From Bacteroidota bacterium (lineage in GTDB: Bacteria; Bacteroidota; Ignavibacteria; Palsa-1295), in the NCBI GenBank assembly GCA_021324735.1, contig JAJPIO010000011.1, positions 22,612-86,611 on the forward strand: 64,000 bases of DNA, in the 5' to 3' direction. Shown one piece after another: positions 18,301 to 27,334 of this stretch (position 1 is its first letter; the number at the start of each line of letters is the position of its first letter). The notes beneath the pieces are model-generated. The model was not told where the DNA came from. It saw only the letters and a list, made by a program, of their open reading frames with translations, and ran no database searches. The position numbers were made by a program, and so were the translations under genes.

Positions 18301-19614
18301 AACCGCCGGAGCACACAGGGGGAATGGCGTTGTGAGCACCGCCGAAAACGTATCTGTTGCAATATTGCCTAACGGAACGATCGAATCACCTACGAGCGAC
18401 GGATTGGTTGCGCAATTACAACCAAAGACGTGCACCATCGTATCGATACGGAAGCAACCGGCTGTCCTAAAGTTGATCGTATCAGGCCAGATATGGATGT
18501 CCGGCGAGGTCGGACGGGTTGCGGTATAGACGATCTTGTACTGAAAGCTCCATACTTTCGTCGGCGATACATAGAATCTGGTATCGACATTCGGGAATGG
18601 CGATGACGTCTTCGAACCGAGCGGCGCCCAGTTCTTTCCATCATCGACCGAAAACCACATTCCGCCGCCGCCAATGGAGTCATATTCGACCGCAGCGAAC
18701 ATCGCACAGGCGTCGCCCGCCATCGATTCGGTCATGGTGTCGAGGCAGAACGCTGCCTGCGGGAAGAATCCGTATCCGTAACTATCGGACTCCTGTACGC
18801 CGCCTACGCACGGCTGAATAGTAGCGCATGTATTATTATGCGCACCAAAATAACGTGGTGTACCAGCCACAGCCATTGGCTGCCATGACTCATAATAGGT
18901 ATTGGTCCTCGTCCAGGTATTTCCACCATCGGTGGTGCGCTTCCACCAGTTAAAGGGACCAAAGCAGCCGGAGCCATCCGTAGCGACGATACCATTACTA
19001 GCATCGCTGAAGGCAAAGCCGGTATAATATTTTGCGGTATCCGCGCGAGTCCATGTCGTGCCCTGATCGGTCGACTTCATCAATCCCGAATCCTGGCTAC
19101 TGACCAGTAAGAGACCGCTCGTGGCGTTGTAGTAGATACCCCGGCAATTCGTCGGTGCACCAGTAATGAAATTCCATGTTGAGCCGGCATCAGTGGTCAA
19201 GAGGACACCGGAAGCCGGTGGTAACGTTGCACCATACACGGCCGCAAAGCCCGTATTTGCATCCACCCACGCAAAGTCCGTTACCCATCCAGAGGTCCAA
19301 CTGCTGGTATTGGTAATGGTCGAAGGGGTCCATGTCGAACCTTCGTTCTTCGTGAACTGGATATCCATACCGTCGCTCAGGTAACCGTTCTGCGGCACAC
19401 CGCTGACGCGTGGTGCACTTGCAGCATCGTTAAATTTAAGGACGCGGATGGTATCGTTAAACGTCGTCGCAAGCGGAGACCACTGAGCGCGCAGTGAACT
19501 CGAAAACGACAGAAGAAGACTAACAGCGAGTAAGAACGCAAAGCGATGGATCGTGCGAGAAGCACGATGCGAAGCAGAAGGAAGGAATACTGAGGATAGT
19601 AACTGATTTCTCAT
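15379..19614 (-). CDS. Giant secreted T9SS cargo protein with an N-terminal BNR-repeat beta-propeller
   Basis: Repeated S/T-x-D-x-G-x-T-W motifs (TKNEGSTW, TDAGSTW, STDQGTTW, TTDGGNTW, SVDDGKNW). A C-terminal ~80 aa T9SS sorting domain ends ...EGTYFARITMNGYTVIRKFILQKD. The likely start is MRNQLL at 19614, which precedes a signal peptide; the ORF is open to 19746. Confidence 0.8.
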   Translation of the reverse strand: MRNQLLSSVFLPSASHRASRTIHRFAFLLAVSLLLSFSSSLRAQWSPLATTFNDTIRVLKFNDAASAPRVSGVPQNGYLSDGMDIQFTKNEGSTWTPSTITNTSSWTSGWVTDFAWVDANTGFAAVYGATLPPASGVLLTTDAGSTWNFITGAPTNCRGIYYNATSGLLLVSSQDSGLMKSTDQGTTWTRADTAKYYTGFAFSDASNGIVATDGSGCFGPFNWWKRTTDGGNTWTRTNTYYESWQPMAVAGTPRYFGAHNNTCATIQPCVGGVQESDSYGYGFFPQAAFCLDTMTESMAGDACAMFAAVEYDSIGGGGMWFSVDDGKNWAPLGSKTSSPFPNVDTRFYVSPTKVWSFQYKIVYTATRPTSPDIHIWPDTINFRTAGCFRIDTMVHVFGCNCATNPSLVGDSIVPLGNIATDTFSAVLTTPFPLCAPAVPSLPVSTSIDIQYRPTTPSSDAADYHFHFTRNGVPVDTIVHVTGAGVASKITAVPNKINIREPACTQLDTVLQICNQSCCENMQVDGFDVTGDQCIIQLLAPSTPFRLGPGDCADVHVYFAGTLRRTPGQAPSIGVNVRARCDTTFVGTSFSVTGVTTTTVGVTLRGFNENVKDCCSIHDSAVYFLNTTCDTIILQGIDVTGPQGSYFQIDSLGSKPPLHFPIKIGPYNLLKIPVLIPKCDPGQHNATFTFHFNVGTTGTQCASVEHFDTSISVSFNVQNAITYEGAVSPSKIEFGGVSCCDSSQTRTLKISPVCVPLTLTKIQLTGASNFQMVSGPTLPFSLKPGHDTAITIRYIPCSCTGSDQDNTGSIVLTYAEDTKGPQIIGMHAHCITGVVASIGGPDTLALGTIRYCDSNCIRGTILNTSCTPGLIRLLTGPTHAAFRVTLDNDTIRAKDSLHFTVCLKPQSLSDTTVNGASDTDQITFGVTSTGGQEAPSTSFTVIGKILPPSIVSNVLPTALAANPCGDTDLTFTVANGGDCLPFIIQTFAAGSGVSLASPTLPVTINTGSNQVFTVHFTGTVGQTLSGTITLTDISGRTITEPYSVTFRDCSTHQVTTFTLGPQPLDSNYSTPRCVILKKTYTITANNGTVIVNNVSLAGGSKFSLSGFTGPVTLTSGQSIQITLQYNPDATGSDNDILTINTDHGTVTLHLIGVTTGSQYNIHLGLALDASSNAMPIRVDGVQQAVFKIINVEPIPAGTGATDLTIQLQYPTGILTRNKPIQSVATAADQSTSATGPMVIKITGIPNTGLPANSDLATVTMVPSISNTDQGTVSIGQSAFNQSDPNFGRCSMSAQSAGDVVPVRLNLTCSDSIMMIALQGKLQPMQGIEVIPNPAHKGSSAATLKFTTNLEANVSVDVVDLLGASVSQIANGPMEKGEHTLSIPTQNMSEGTYFARITMNGYTVIRKFILQKD

Positions 19615-20020
19615 AAGGGGACCAGACAAAATTGCTGGAGAAAATGAACACGAATCTCTAATGCTTAGCCGCGGTAAGACAGAACGGAATCCGACCACGT
19701 GCGGCTTAACAAAAAAGCAACATGAAACAGATGAGATAAATCTCACCCGTTAAATCGCTACAAATATACGATTTAGGCCGCTCGGTGACCCATTAACGCG
19801 TTTTTTGGAAGATTTACGACACATGGGAATGCCTCCTTTATAAGCTATGGCCAGGCTGCATCAATGACACAAAAGGCTACATGCCTAAAAAACGCACAGT
19901 CCGGCTGAAGCGGCAGTAACCCTCATAATGGAGGACACACAAAAGAGAAATAGGTAACCGGGTTATGACCAATTTGGCCAGGCGTTTTTTAGCAATTTTT
20001 ACCGAAAACCCGATCAGCGA

Positions 20021-21964
20021 TCAGCTTACCGGCTGAGGTTGCGGTTTTTTTGCGCGGACGAGCTCTTTTACCTTTTCACGGATCCCCTCCCGATTCAGCC
20101 CGCACTCGGCCAGAAGCGAAGCTGGCGCACCATGTTCGATAAAACGGTCAGGAAGGCCTAAAACGAGCGGATGCGGAATGGAGGACGTGGGATGCTCCGC
20201 CTGATAACTGGCAAGATATTCGGCCACAGCAGATCCAAAACCACCTTGGACCACATTCTCCTCCAGCGTGACGATATACTTAAAGCGAGCTGCCAAACCC
20301 TGTAACAGCGCTGTATCCAGTGGCTTAACGAACCTGGCGTTTGCAACGGCTACCGAAATACCTTCGCGTTCGAGATCGCCGGCGGCCGTTAGGGCATCAT
20401 AAAGCAACGGCCCCGCTCCGACAATAACGACGTCCTTGCCGTCGCGAAGCATCTCTCCTTGTCCGATCGGGATCGAGCGAAAGCCTTCATCCGCAAGTGG
20501 GACGCCGATCCCGGTACCACGAGGATAACGGATCGCGATGGGACCCGAGACTTGAGATGTAGCGGTGTAAAGCATATCTCTCAACTCCTGCTCGTCCTTC
20601 GGGACCATAATGGTCATGTTCGGAATAAGGCGGAGATAGGAAAGATCGAATGCGCCGTGGTGGGTCGGTCCATCGGCACCGACGAGCCCGGCACGGTCCA
20701 TCGCGAAGATGACCGGCAAATTCTGCAGTGCTACATCGTGAATGATCTGATCGAACGCACGCTGACTGAACGTCGAATAGATCGCGCAGACCGGAGTGAA
20801 GCCTTCGGTCGCCATGCCGGCCGCGAACGTCACAGCGTGTTGCTCCGCAATACCGACATCGAAGAATTTTTCCGGCAATTCTTTTTGCAGGAAGTTAAGT
20901 CCGGTCCCATCCGGCATAGCGGCGGTAATACCAACCACTTTCGGATTGATCTTGCAAATCTCGACGAGTGCTTTGCCAAATACTTTCGTGTATTCCGGAG
21001 GCTGCGGAGCCGTTACCGGCTTCGCGATCGCCGCGCCGGTGATCTTATCGAACGCACCAGAAGCGGCATGATACTTTTGAACGTGCGACTCTGCCGGTGC
21101 ATAGCCTTTGCCCTTCTCCGTGATAACATGAAGAAGTAGCGGCCCTTTTTGATCCTTGAGAAAATTCAGCGTCTCGACGAGCTTGACAACATTGTGCCCG
21201 TTGATCGGGCCAAAATATTTGAAGCCCAGCGCTTCGAACATCATGCCCGGCGTCATGACGGCCTTCATGCCGTCGACAAGCTTGGAACCGGCGGAGCGGA
21301 GCCGGTCGTGACCGTCCAGTTTATCCCATACCTGATCCTTGAATTTGCGGACCGTTGGGTTCGTGATGAGCGCGTTAAAATATTCGTGCAACGCCCAGAC
21401 GTTCGGCGCGATCGACATGCGATTATCATTCAGGATGACGATCACATCTTTCTTCAACATGCCACAATTATTCAGCGCTTCATAGGCGATACCGCCGGTC
21501 ATCGAGCCATCGCCGATGACAGCAGCTACTTTGTAATCCTGGCCAGCAAAATCGCGTGCGGTGGCAATGCCGAGCGCAGCACTGATGGAGGTCGATGCAT
21601 GGCCGGCGCCAAACACATCGTACTCGCTCTCGTCACGTTTAAGGAATGGCGCAAGTCCATCCTTCTTTCGAATCGTATTGAGCTGTGCTTTGCGGCCCGT
21701 AAGAATTTTGTGCGGATAACCCTGGTGGCCGACATCCCAAACGACTTTATCCTTCGGCGTATCGAGCGCATAGTGAAGCGCCACGGTAAGTTCGACGACG
21801 CCGAGGCCAGCCCCGAAATGCCCCCCCGTCTGGGAGATCGTATCGATCAAATATTCGCGGACGTCCGCGCAAACGCCCCGGAGGTCGCTGACCGGATACT
21901 TGCGTAAATCGGCCGGAAAATCGATGTTTTTGAGGAAGGGGTAGGAGTCGAACGCTATGCTCAT
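20021..21964 (-). CDS. dxs: 1-deoxy-D-xylulose-5-phosphate synthase
   Basis: 647 aa. The N-terminus LKNIDFPADLRK...GGHFGAGLGVVELTVALHY and the thiamine-diphosphate and transketolase-like domains are canonical DXS. Confidence 0.95.
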   Translation of the reverse strand: MSIAFDSYPFLKNIDFPADLRKYPVSDLRGVCADVREYLIDTISQTGGHFGAGLGVVELTVALHYALDTPKDKVVWDVGHQGYPHKILTGRKAQLNTIRKKDGLAPFLKRDESEYDVFGAGHASTSISAALGIATARDFAGQDYKVAAVIGDGSMTGGIAYEALNNCGMLKKDVIVILNDNRMSIAPNVWALHEYFNALITNPTVRKFKDQVWDKLDGHDRLRSAGSKLVDGMKAVMTPGMMFEALGFKYFGPINGHNVVKLVETLNFLKDQKGPLLLHVITEKGKGYAPAESHVQKYHAASGAFDKITGAAIAKPVTAPQPPEYTKVFGKALVEICKINPKVVGITAAMPDGTGLNFLQKELPEKFFDVGIAEQHAVTFAAGMATEGFTPVCAIYSTFSQRAFDQIIHDVALQNLPVIFAMDRAGLVGADGPTHHGAFDLSYLRLIPNMTIMVPKDEQELRDMLYTATSQVSGPIAIRYPRGTGIGVPLADEGFRSIPIGQGEMLRDGKDVVIVGAGPLLYDALTAAGDLEREGISVAVANARFVKPLDTALLQGLAARFKYIVTLEENVVQGGFGSAVAEYLASYQAEHPTSSIPHPLVLGLPDRFIEHGAPASLLAECGLNREGIREKVKELVRAKKPQPQPVS

Positions 21965-22073
21965 TTGGTATCGGTAACGAGTAAGCGTAACGAGGCTTTG
22001 GCCGGATTAGTGGCCTGTTGAACAGGGGATTTTTTGAGGCCTGAAGATGTGTGAAAACCGGCCCCCTGAACGG

Positions 22074-22340
22074 CTAGAACAGGTCCTCGTTCTCGAAAAT
22101 ATCGTTACCCTGGACCTTCTCGCCTGCTGTCTCTTCGTGTATGGCAGCAAGCTTCTCGACCTTCAGTTCGGCTTCGGCCAGCACCTCTCGCAGCTTTGCA
22201 GAGAGCGCCATAGCCTCCTCGTAGAGCGACAGCATCTCGCTGAGCGGCACATTGCCCTGTTCCAGCTTATCGACGATAGCCGTCATGCGCTCGAAATCGG
22301 CTTCGAAGGTTTGGATGGGCTTGGATTCTTTCTTGGCCAT
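22074..22340 (-). CDS. xseB: Exodeoxyribonuclease VII small subunit
   Basis: 88-aa helical protein (FEADFERMTAIVDKLEQGNVPLSEMLSLYEEAMAL) directly downstream of xseA. Confidence 0.85.
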   Translation of the reverse strand: MAKKESKPIQTFEADFERMTAIVDKLEQGNVPLSEMLSLYEEAMALSAKLREVLAEAELKVEKLAAIHEETAGEKVQGNDIFENEDLF

Positions 22341-22387
22341 AATAAAAAGGCGAACAATTCTGTCGAATTAATAGCTCTCGACGCCGA

Positions 22388-23734
22388 TCAATCAAACCTC
22401 ACCGTGATCCTGCCATCCGCAAAAACAAGGATGCCATTCTTCTCACCGGCCGAGAGAAGTTTTTCGAGACGTGGTATAATCTCGCCATCGGCTGACTCGA
22501 GCGCAGTAAAGCCACGGTCGAGCACGCGATCAGGATTCATCGCCGAAAGTTTTGCGGTATCGCGTTCGAGCTGAAGACGAAATCGCTCGACGCCATGACG
22601 CATTGCGCGGCTTACTTGTGAAGTCATTCTATCGACATCATTCTTTCGATCCCCGATCGTCGCCTTCATGGAAGCCAGCAGCGTTGCAGGATCAGAAAGA
22701 GTCTCCACTTCCTGCCTCCGCATCGCAAGTTCGTGCGAGACCGTCCGCATGATCGCACTGGTCGAACCATCGATAATATTTTCCAACTCGCGGCGATGCG
22801 GTGTAGCAAGTTCGGCGGCTGCGGTCGGCGTCGGTGCACGAAGGTCGGCTACAAAATCCGCGATCGTCAGATCGACCTCGTGCCCAACCGCACTTATGAC
22901 CGGAATCTTCGAAGCGAAGATCGCTCGGGCTACGGCCTCTTCGTTAAAGCACCATAGGTCTTCGAGCGAACCACCGCCGCGCCCGACGATCAGCACATCA
23001 GGCCGAGGATAATTACGAGTGGAGAATGACGAATTATGAGTTTGCGCCTCATTCGTCATTCGTAATTCGTCATTCGTAACTCCCCGTTCGTCATTCGGAA
23101 TTAAGTTAAATTCCTGTATCGCTCTTGCAATCTCTAACTCCGCACCCACGCCCTGCACAGCAGCCGGACGTAGAATTACATTCACCACCGGATACCGCCG
23201 GCGAAGGCAGGTCAGGATATCATGCAGCGCAGCGCCATTCTCGCTCGTGACGATACCGATCGTTCGCGGAAATCGTGGAATCGGACGCTTGCGGCTCTCC
23301 TCAAATAACCCTTCCGCCGAAAGCTTTGCGTACAGTTCTTCATAGGCCCGCTGAAGCTCACCAATACCCGAGGGCCGCACCTGGAAAACGTCGAGTTGGT
23401 AATTGCCACGCGGCGGGTAGACCGTCAGCCGGCCGCGGCAAACCACCTTCATCCCATCCTTAAGTTGGAAATTGAGCGGACGGCTTTTCCAGAAAACAGA
23501 CGATATTTGGGCTTCGGAGTCTTTGAGCGTCCAATACCGGTGGCCGGAGCGATGATCGATAAAGTTGGAGATCTCGCCTTCCACAACCACATCTGTAAAT
23601 GAACCCTCCAGCAGGCTTCGAATGGCCTTTGTAAGGCCCGTGACACTCAGTGTCGCTTCGGACTCCTCGCGCCCCCGCTCCGACTCGATAAATCCGGCGG
23701 AAGGCTGTTTCATCATTGGTCGCATTGTGGCCAT
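22388..23734 (-). CDS. xseA: Exodeoxyribonuclease VII large subunit
   Basis: N-terminal OB fold followed by the conserved RPDVLIVGRGGGSLEDLWCFNEE block. Contains an in-frame low-complexity insertion encoded by CATTCGT-type repeats at about 23030-23100. Confidence 0.9.
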   Translation of the reverse strand: MATMRPMMKQPSAGFIESERGREESEATLSVTGLTKAIRSLLEGSFTDVVVEGEISNFIDHRSGHRYWTLKDSEAQISSVFWKSRPLNFQLKDGMKVVCRGRLTVYPPRGNYQLDVFQVRPSGIGELQRAYEELYAKLSAEGLFEESRKRPIPRFPRTIGIVTSENGAALHDILTCLRRRYPVVNVILRPAAVQGVGAELEIARAIQEFNLIPNDERGVTNDELRMTNEAQTHNSSFSTRNYPRPDVLIVGRGGGSLEDLWCFNEEAVARAIFASKIPVISAVGHEVDLTIADFVADLRAPTPTAAAELATPHRRELENIIDGSTSAIMRTVSHELAMRRQEVETLSDPATLLASMKATIGDRKNDVDRMTSQVSRAMRHGVERFRLQLERDTAKLSAMNPDRVLDRGFTALESADGEIIPRLEKLLSAGEKNGILVFADGRITVRFD

Positions 23735-23792
23735 GTAAGGAGGAAATCAGCGCCCGGTAAGGGTAAGTTCGCGCCAATGGTGAATTTCTCGA

Positions 23793-23843
23793 AAAATCAG
23801 CAATGATCTCTCGGGAAATCAGTGTAATCTCTCAAGAAATCAG
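23793..23843. promoter_or_regulatory. Three direct repeats of GAAATCAG spaced ~21 bp apart in the divergent xseA / cargo-gene promoter region
   Basis: gAAAATCAGcaatgATCTCTC, gAAATCAGtgtaATCTCTC and gAAATCAGcgatttt at 23793, 23815 and 23836. The helical-phase spacing suggests a regulator binding array. Confidence 0.35.
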
Positions 23844-23951
23844 CGATTTTGAAAAATGGAAGATGGCTACGTTACCTTTGACCCCTATTTTTGTCATCTT
23901 TTAGTACATTCCGTTCAACTTTTATTGTAACCGGCGCAAGAATTCCCGTTC

Positions 23952-26900
23952 TTGCTCGATGGGGGTTGTATGCATATTAAACACATTGTAGCATTCTTAG
24001 CGGTCCTCTTTGCTGCCACCGTAGTCGAGTCTCAAACGATCACAGGCAAGATCAGTACGACCATGTCGAAGCAAATACACGACCCATCTTATTCGATGGG
24101 TCGGGATTACTGGTTTGCACTCATTCAAAATGGTTTTGATCAACCGGGCAAGTATTATCGGGTCTACATCACCTCACAGCATAATACAACGGCCTACGTC
24201 CAGCTCTCAAGTGGAATCGTAACAACCGTGCCTGTAGGAGCCTACAAAATAGGAGCCGTCAATGTACCTCTTGGCTGGGAAATGAAGTCCAGCAGTATTA
24301 TTGAACAGAAGGCGATTCACGTATGGTCGAATGACGCGGATCTTCAGTGCTGTGTAATGTCGCATAGTCCATACACTTCGGACGGCTTTAATTGCATTCC
24401 GACCATAGGCTGGGGCACCGATTATGTTGTGGCCGGATACAACGCGCTATACTATAACTATCTTAACTATACCTACGATTACCCTTCCGAGTTTACCATC
24501 GTTGCTGACCAGGACAACACCACTATCACGATCACTCCTTCTTGCGATCTTCGGCATTCATCTGTGTATCCGGCCAATAACACCATCGTTGGCTATCCTA
24601 AAGGTGTACCGTTTACTATCAAACTCGATCGTCGGCAATCCGTCCAATTCCAGTCGCTCAAGGCCGATACTACATTTGGTTTTGACGTCACTGGTACCAT
24701 CATTCATTCGAATATGCCTGTAGGGGTCGTGGCAGGCTCTTCATGCGCAGAGATACCGGACGGTTATTCCTACTGCGATCACGTCTGCGAAATGATCCAT
24801 CCGGTGCGCTCGTGGGGGCAAACCTATTACACAACCAGCTTTGGGCAGCCCAGTAGCGCTCCGTCACACGATTTTGCAATGTATCTCCTTGTCTCATCAA
24901 AAGCGAACCAGACGATCTACCGGCAGGACGCTGTTATGGGCGTCCATACGGAATGCACGATCGCAAGGAAGTATGGTACATTTTGGGCTGAAGAACAACT
25001 ATCTAATAAGTGGTTCAGCGATGCTCCATTCCTACTTATGGAATACAGCAACAGCGCCACCTATCCTGACGACTCAACCGCCAAGGGCGACCCATCCGAA
25101 GTAAGAATAACGCCTCGCGAGAATTTCACGAGAACGGTCGTCCTTCAAACGCCGGTGAATGTTGGCTCGCAACCCGCGTATGATAATTATGCGAACGTCA
25201 TTGTGCGTACCAATGACGAGCGTAATACAATATTTGATGGTGCTCGTATTCAAATGTATACTCGCCAACCGATCGATGATACGTTCGAAGCGTTCGTGGT
25301 CCCTCACATCCAACCGGGCGCGCACGTTATAACCGGAGATACGCTTGGCGTGGGAGTGTATGTGTATGGTTACGGCTATAATGAGACCTTCGCATGGGGC
25401 ACGCCTGGATTTTTAGGCACTTACCGTTCACCAGATACGATACCTCCGCAAGCGGTCGTAGTAGGTTCATGCACTGAGGGTAGAATCCATATTGCAGATT
25501 CCGGAAATATGAACGGCATCGCTCAATCGCAGCTTGCCTATATCCGACTCGATACCGATTACAACATGGCGTATCTGCCAAACCCTTATCCAAACTGGAT
25601 CGATGGAGCCGGATTGGATACGTCCGGATATAGCTACTATGTCGTAGATCCGACGAAGCCCGCTATTCTTGGTGTCTCCGTCTTCGATATGGCCGGAAAT
25701 CGGACAACGATCACCAGCAGCTATGCGACCCAGCTTGCGGAAGCACGCCCGCCCCTTCTCGATATTGGCGTCACGACCGGACCGCGCATTTATGGTTATG
25801 ACACGCTGGTCAATACGGGTACTGTCCCGTTCGCTTTTACGACCTTAAAGCTACTTTACGGGAATGTTGGCTTCCGGATCGATAGCTTTAACACCGCACC
25901 GCTTGCGGTTGGTGAACGCCGCTTGATCAAGATATCCTTCGGACCCATTTCTACTCACAACACCGTCGATACGCTTCTCTTTGGTGACGATTGCGGTCCG
26001 TTAAGCCGGGTTGCTTTATTAGGTAATGGTGGCGCTCCCGATTTTTGGGTAGCCGATGCCGTGTGGCATAATGTGCCATACGGTCCGCCGGCGTTGAATG
26101 ATTGGATAGAAAAAGCTGCTGCGATTCACAATGCATCCAGGACCGATATCCTTCACATTAACCGACCGGCATGGGATGATACGGTGCACTTTGTTCTGAT
26201 CCCTGGCCAAATATTTCCGCGCACTATACCCCCACAAGGGGTCGACAGCGTGCAATTTTGGTACGCTCCAACGGATTTGAATGGCAACACTGCTATCGCA
26301 TCGTGGACATCCGAAGAGGTATTCGACCAGAATGGCTCGGTAAGCATTCGACAAAATAAACTGATCGGTAACGCAATTGCTTCTGAGATTCACTTTGGCG
26401 GTAGTATCGATACGACGCTTAACTGCTCGCATGATTCCTTAATAACATTAGCATTCGTTATTTCGAATGGCGGTCAATTATCAACCCTTTTGCGACGCGT
26501 AATTCTTACCAACACTGCCGATCTTATTCGCATAATTGGGCATGACATGCATGGCAGCACTTGGGATCCGACCAGCCAACAGCAAGTCCTTTTCCCTGGT
26601 GACTTTGATACTATCTTTATCTACGTTCCTACTCAACCAAACGTCGATCGCACCATCTCGACGGCTCTGGTTGCTCTCGGCAACGGGGATACTCTTGCGG
26701 AGCCGGTTACAGCAACGGTCCACCTTGCATATCACACCGCGATGACAGTCGCACCAGTGACGTTTGGCCCTCTGCCGTATAACTCGATTGCAGACACACA
26801 GGAGTTCGTAGTAAGAAACTATGGCTCGACGCCGATCACATACGATACCATTTATATCGACCCCACAAGCTCGTCCGGCGCCGCATTTTCGATCTCGATC

Positions 26901-27317
26901 CCGGTGGATTTCCCAGTTACACTTAACAGCAATGATGTACTGCTCGGAACAATACGGTTTGATCCATCTCGATTTAATGAGTCCTTACAGACGGCGAACA
27001 TACACTTCGTTTCCGACAAGTGCAATGATACAAACGTAGTTCTGACGGCCTATCTTACTGGCGCTGGGGTTAACGAATCAGAAGCAATCGAAGATAATCT
27101 TTCAATAGATATTAATGGGCATATACTAATGTTCCACTCCTCGGACCACCAATCCGCAAAGCTCGAACTCTTTGATGTATTAGGTGATGAAGTACATCTG
27201 AGTGAGATCGAAGCAAATACCCCTGTCGATGTTTCATCGCTTATTAGCGGTGTTTACTTCTATCGACTGGATATCGGAGGCCACTCTAAAACAGGAAAGC
27301 TCCTTATTAGGAAGTAA
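23952..27317 (+). CDS. T9SS-secreted large protein, paralog family member A
   Basis: Signal peptide (MHIKHIVAFLAVLFAATVVESQ). T9SS C-terminal domain ...ISGVYFYRLDIGGHSKTGKLLIRK. Shares the blocks GRDYWFA, KAIHVWSNDADL, GWGTDYVVAGY, PSEFTIV, FDMAGNRT with the next two genes. Confidence 0.8.
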   Translation: MLDGGCMHIKHIVAFLAVLFAATVVESQTITGKISTTMSKQIHDPSYSMGRDYWFALIQNGFDQPGKYYRVYITSQHNTTAYVQLSSGIVTTVPVGAYKIGAVNVPLGWEMKSSSIIEQKAIHVWSNDADLQCCVMSHSPYTSDGFNCIPTIGWGTDYVVAGYNALYYNYLNYTYDYPSEFTIVADQDNTTITITPSCDLRHSSVYPANNTIVGYPKGVPFTIKLDRRQSVQFQSLKADTTFGFDVTGTIIHSNMPVGVVAGSSCAEIPDGYSYCDHVCEMIHPVRSWGQTYYTTSFGQPSSAPSHDFAMYLLVSSKANQTIYRQDAVMGVHTECTIARKYGTFWAEEQLSNKWFSDAPFLLMEYSNSATYPDDSTAKGDPSEVRITPRENFTRTVVLQTPVNVGSQPAYDNYANVIVRTNDERNTIFDGARIQMYTRQPIDDTFEAFVVPHIQPGAHVITGDTLGVGVYVYGYGYNETFAWGTPGFLGTYRSPDTIPPQAVVVGSCTEGRIHIADSGNMNGIAQSQLAYIRLDTDYNMAYLPNPYPNWIDGAGLDTSGYSYYVVDPTKPAILGVSVFDMAGNRTTITSSYATQLAEARPPLLDIGVTTGPRIYGYDTLVNTGTVPFAFTTLKLLYGNVGFRIDSFNTAPLAVGERRLIKISFGPISTHNTVDTLLFGDDCGPLSRVALLGNGGAPDFWVADAVWHNVPYGPPALNDWIEKAAAIHNASRTDILHINRPAWDDTVHFVLIPGQIFPRTIPPQGVDSVQFWYAPTDLNGNTAIASWTSEEVFDQNGSVSIRQNKLIGNAIASEIHFGGSIDTTLNCSHDSLITLAFVISNGGQLSTLLRRVILTNTADLIRIIGHDMHGSTWDPTSQQQVLFPGDFDTIFIYVPTQPNVDRTISTALVALGNGDTLAEPVTATVHLAYHTAMTVAPVTFGPLPYNSIADTQEFVVRNYGSTPITYDTIYIDPTSSSGAAFSISIPVDFPVTLNSNDVLLGTIRFDPSRFNESLQTANIHFVSDKCNDTNVVLTAYLTGAGVNESEAIEDNLSIDINGHILMFHSSDHQSAKLELFDVLGDEVHLSEIEANTPVDVSSLISGVYFYRLDIGGHSKTGKLLIRK

Positions 27318-27334
27318 GGAGCTTCAAATGGCTT

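Noticed and set aside
19960-20020. Tandem GCTGATC GCTGATC and possible dxs terminator
   Set aside because: No convincing stem-loop. Only a poly-T/A stretch.
20459-21907. 226- and 252-aa plus-strand ORFs
   Set aside because: Antisense to dxs, whose protein is unambiguous.
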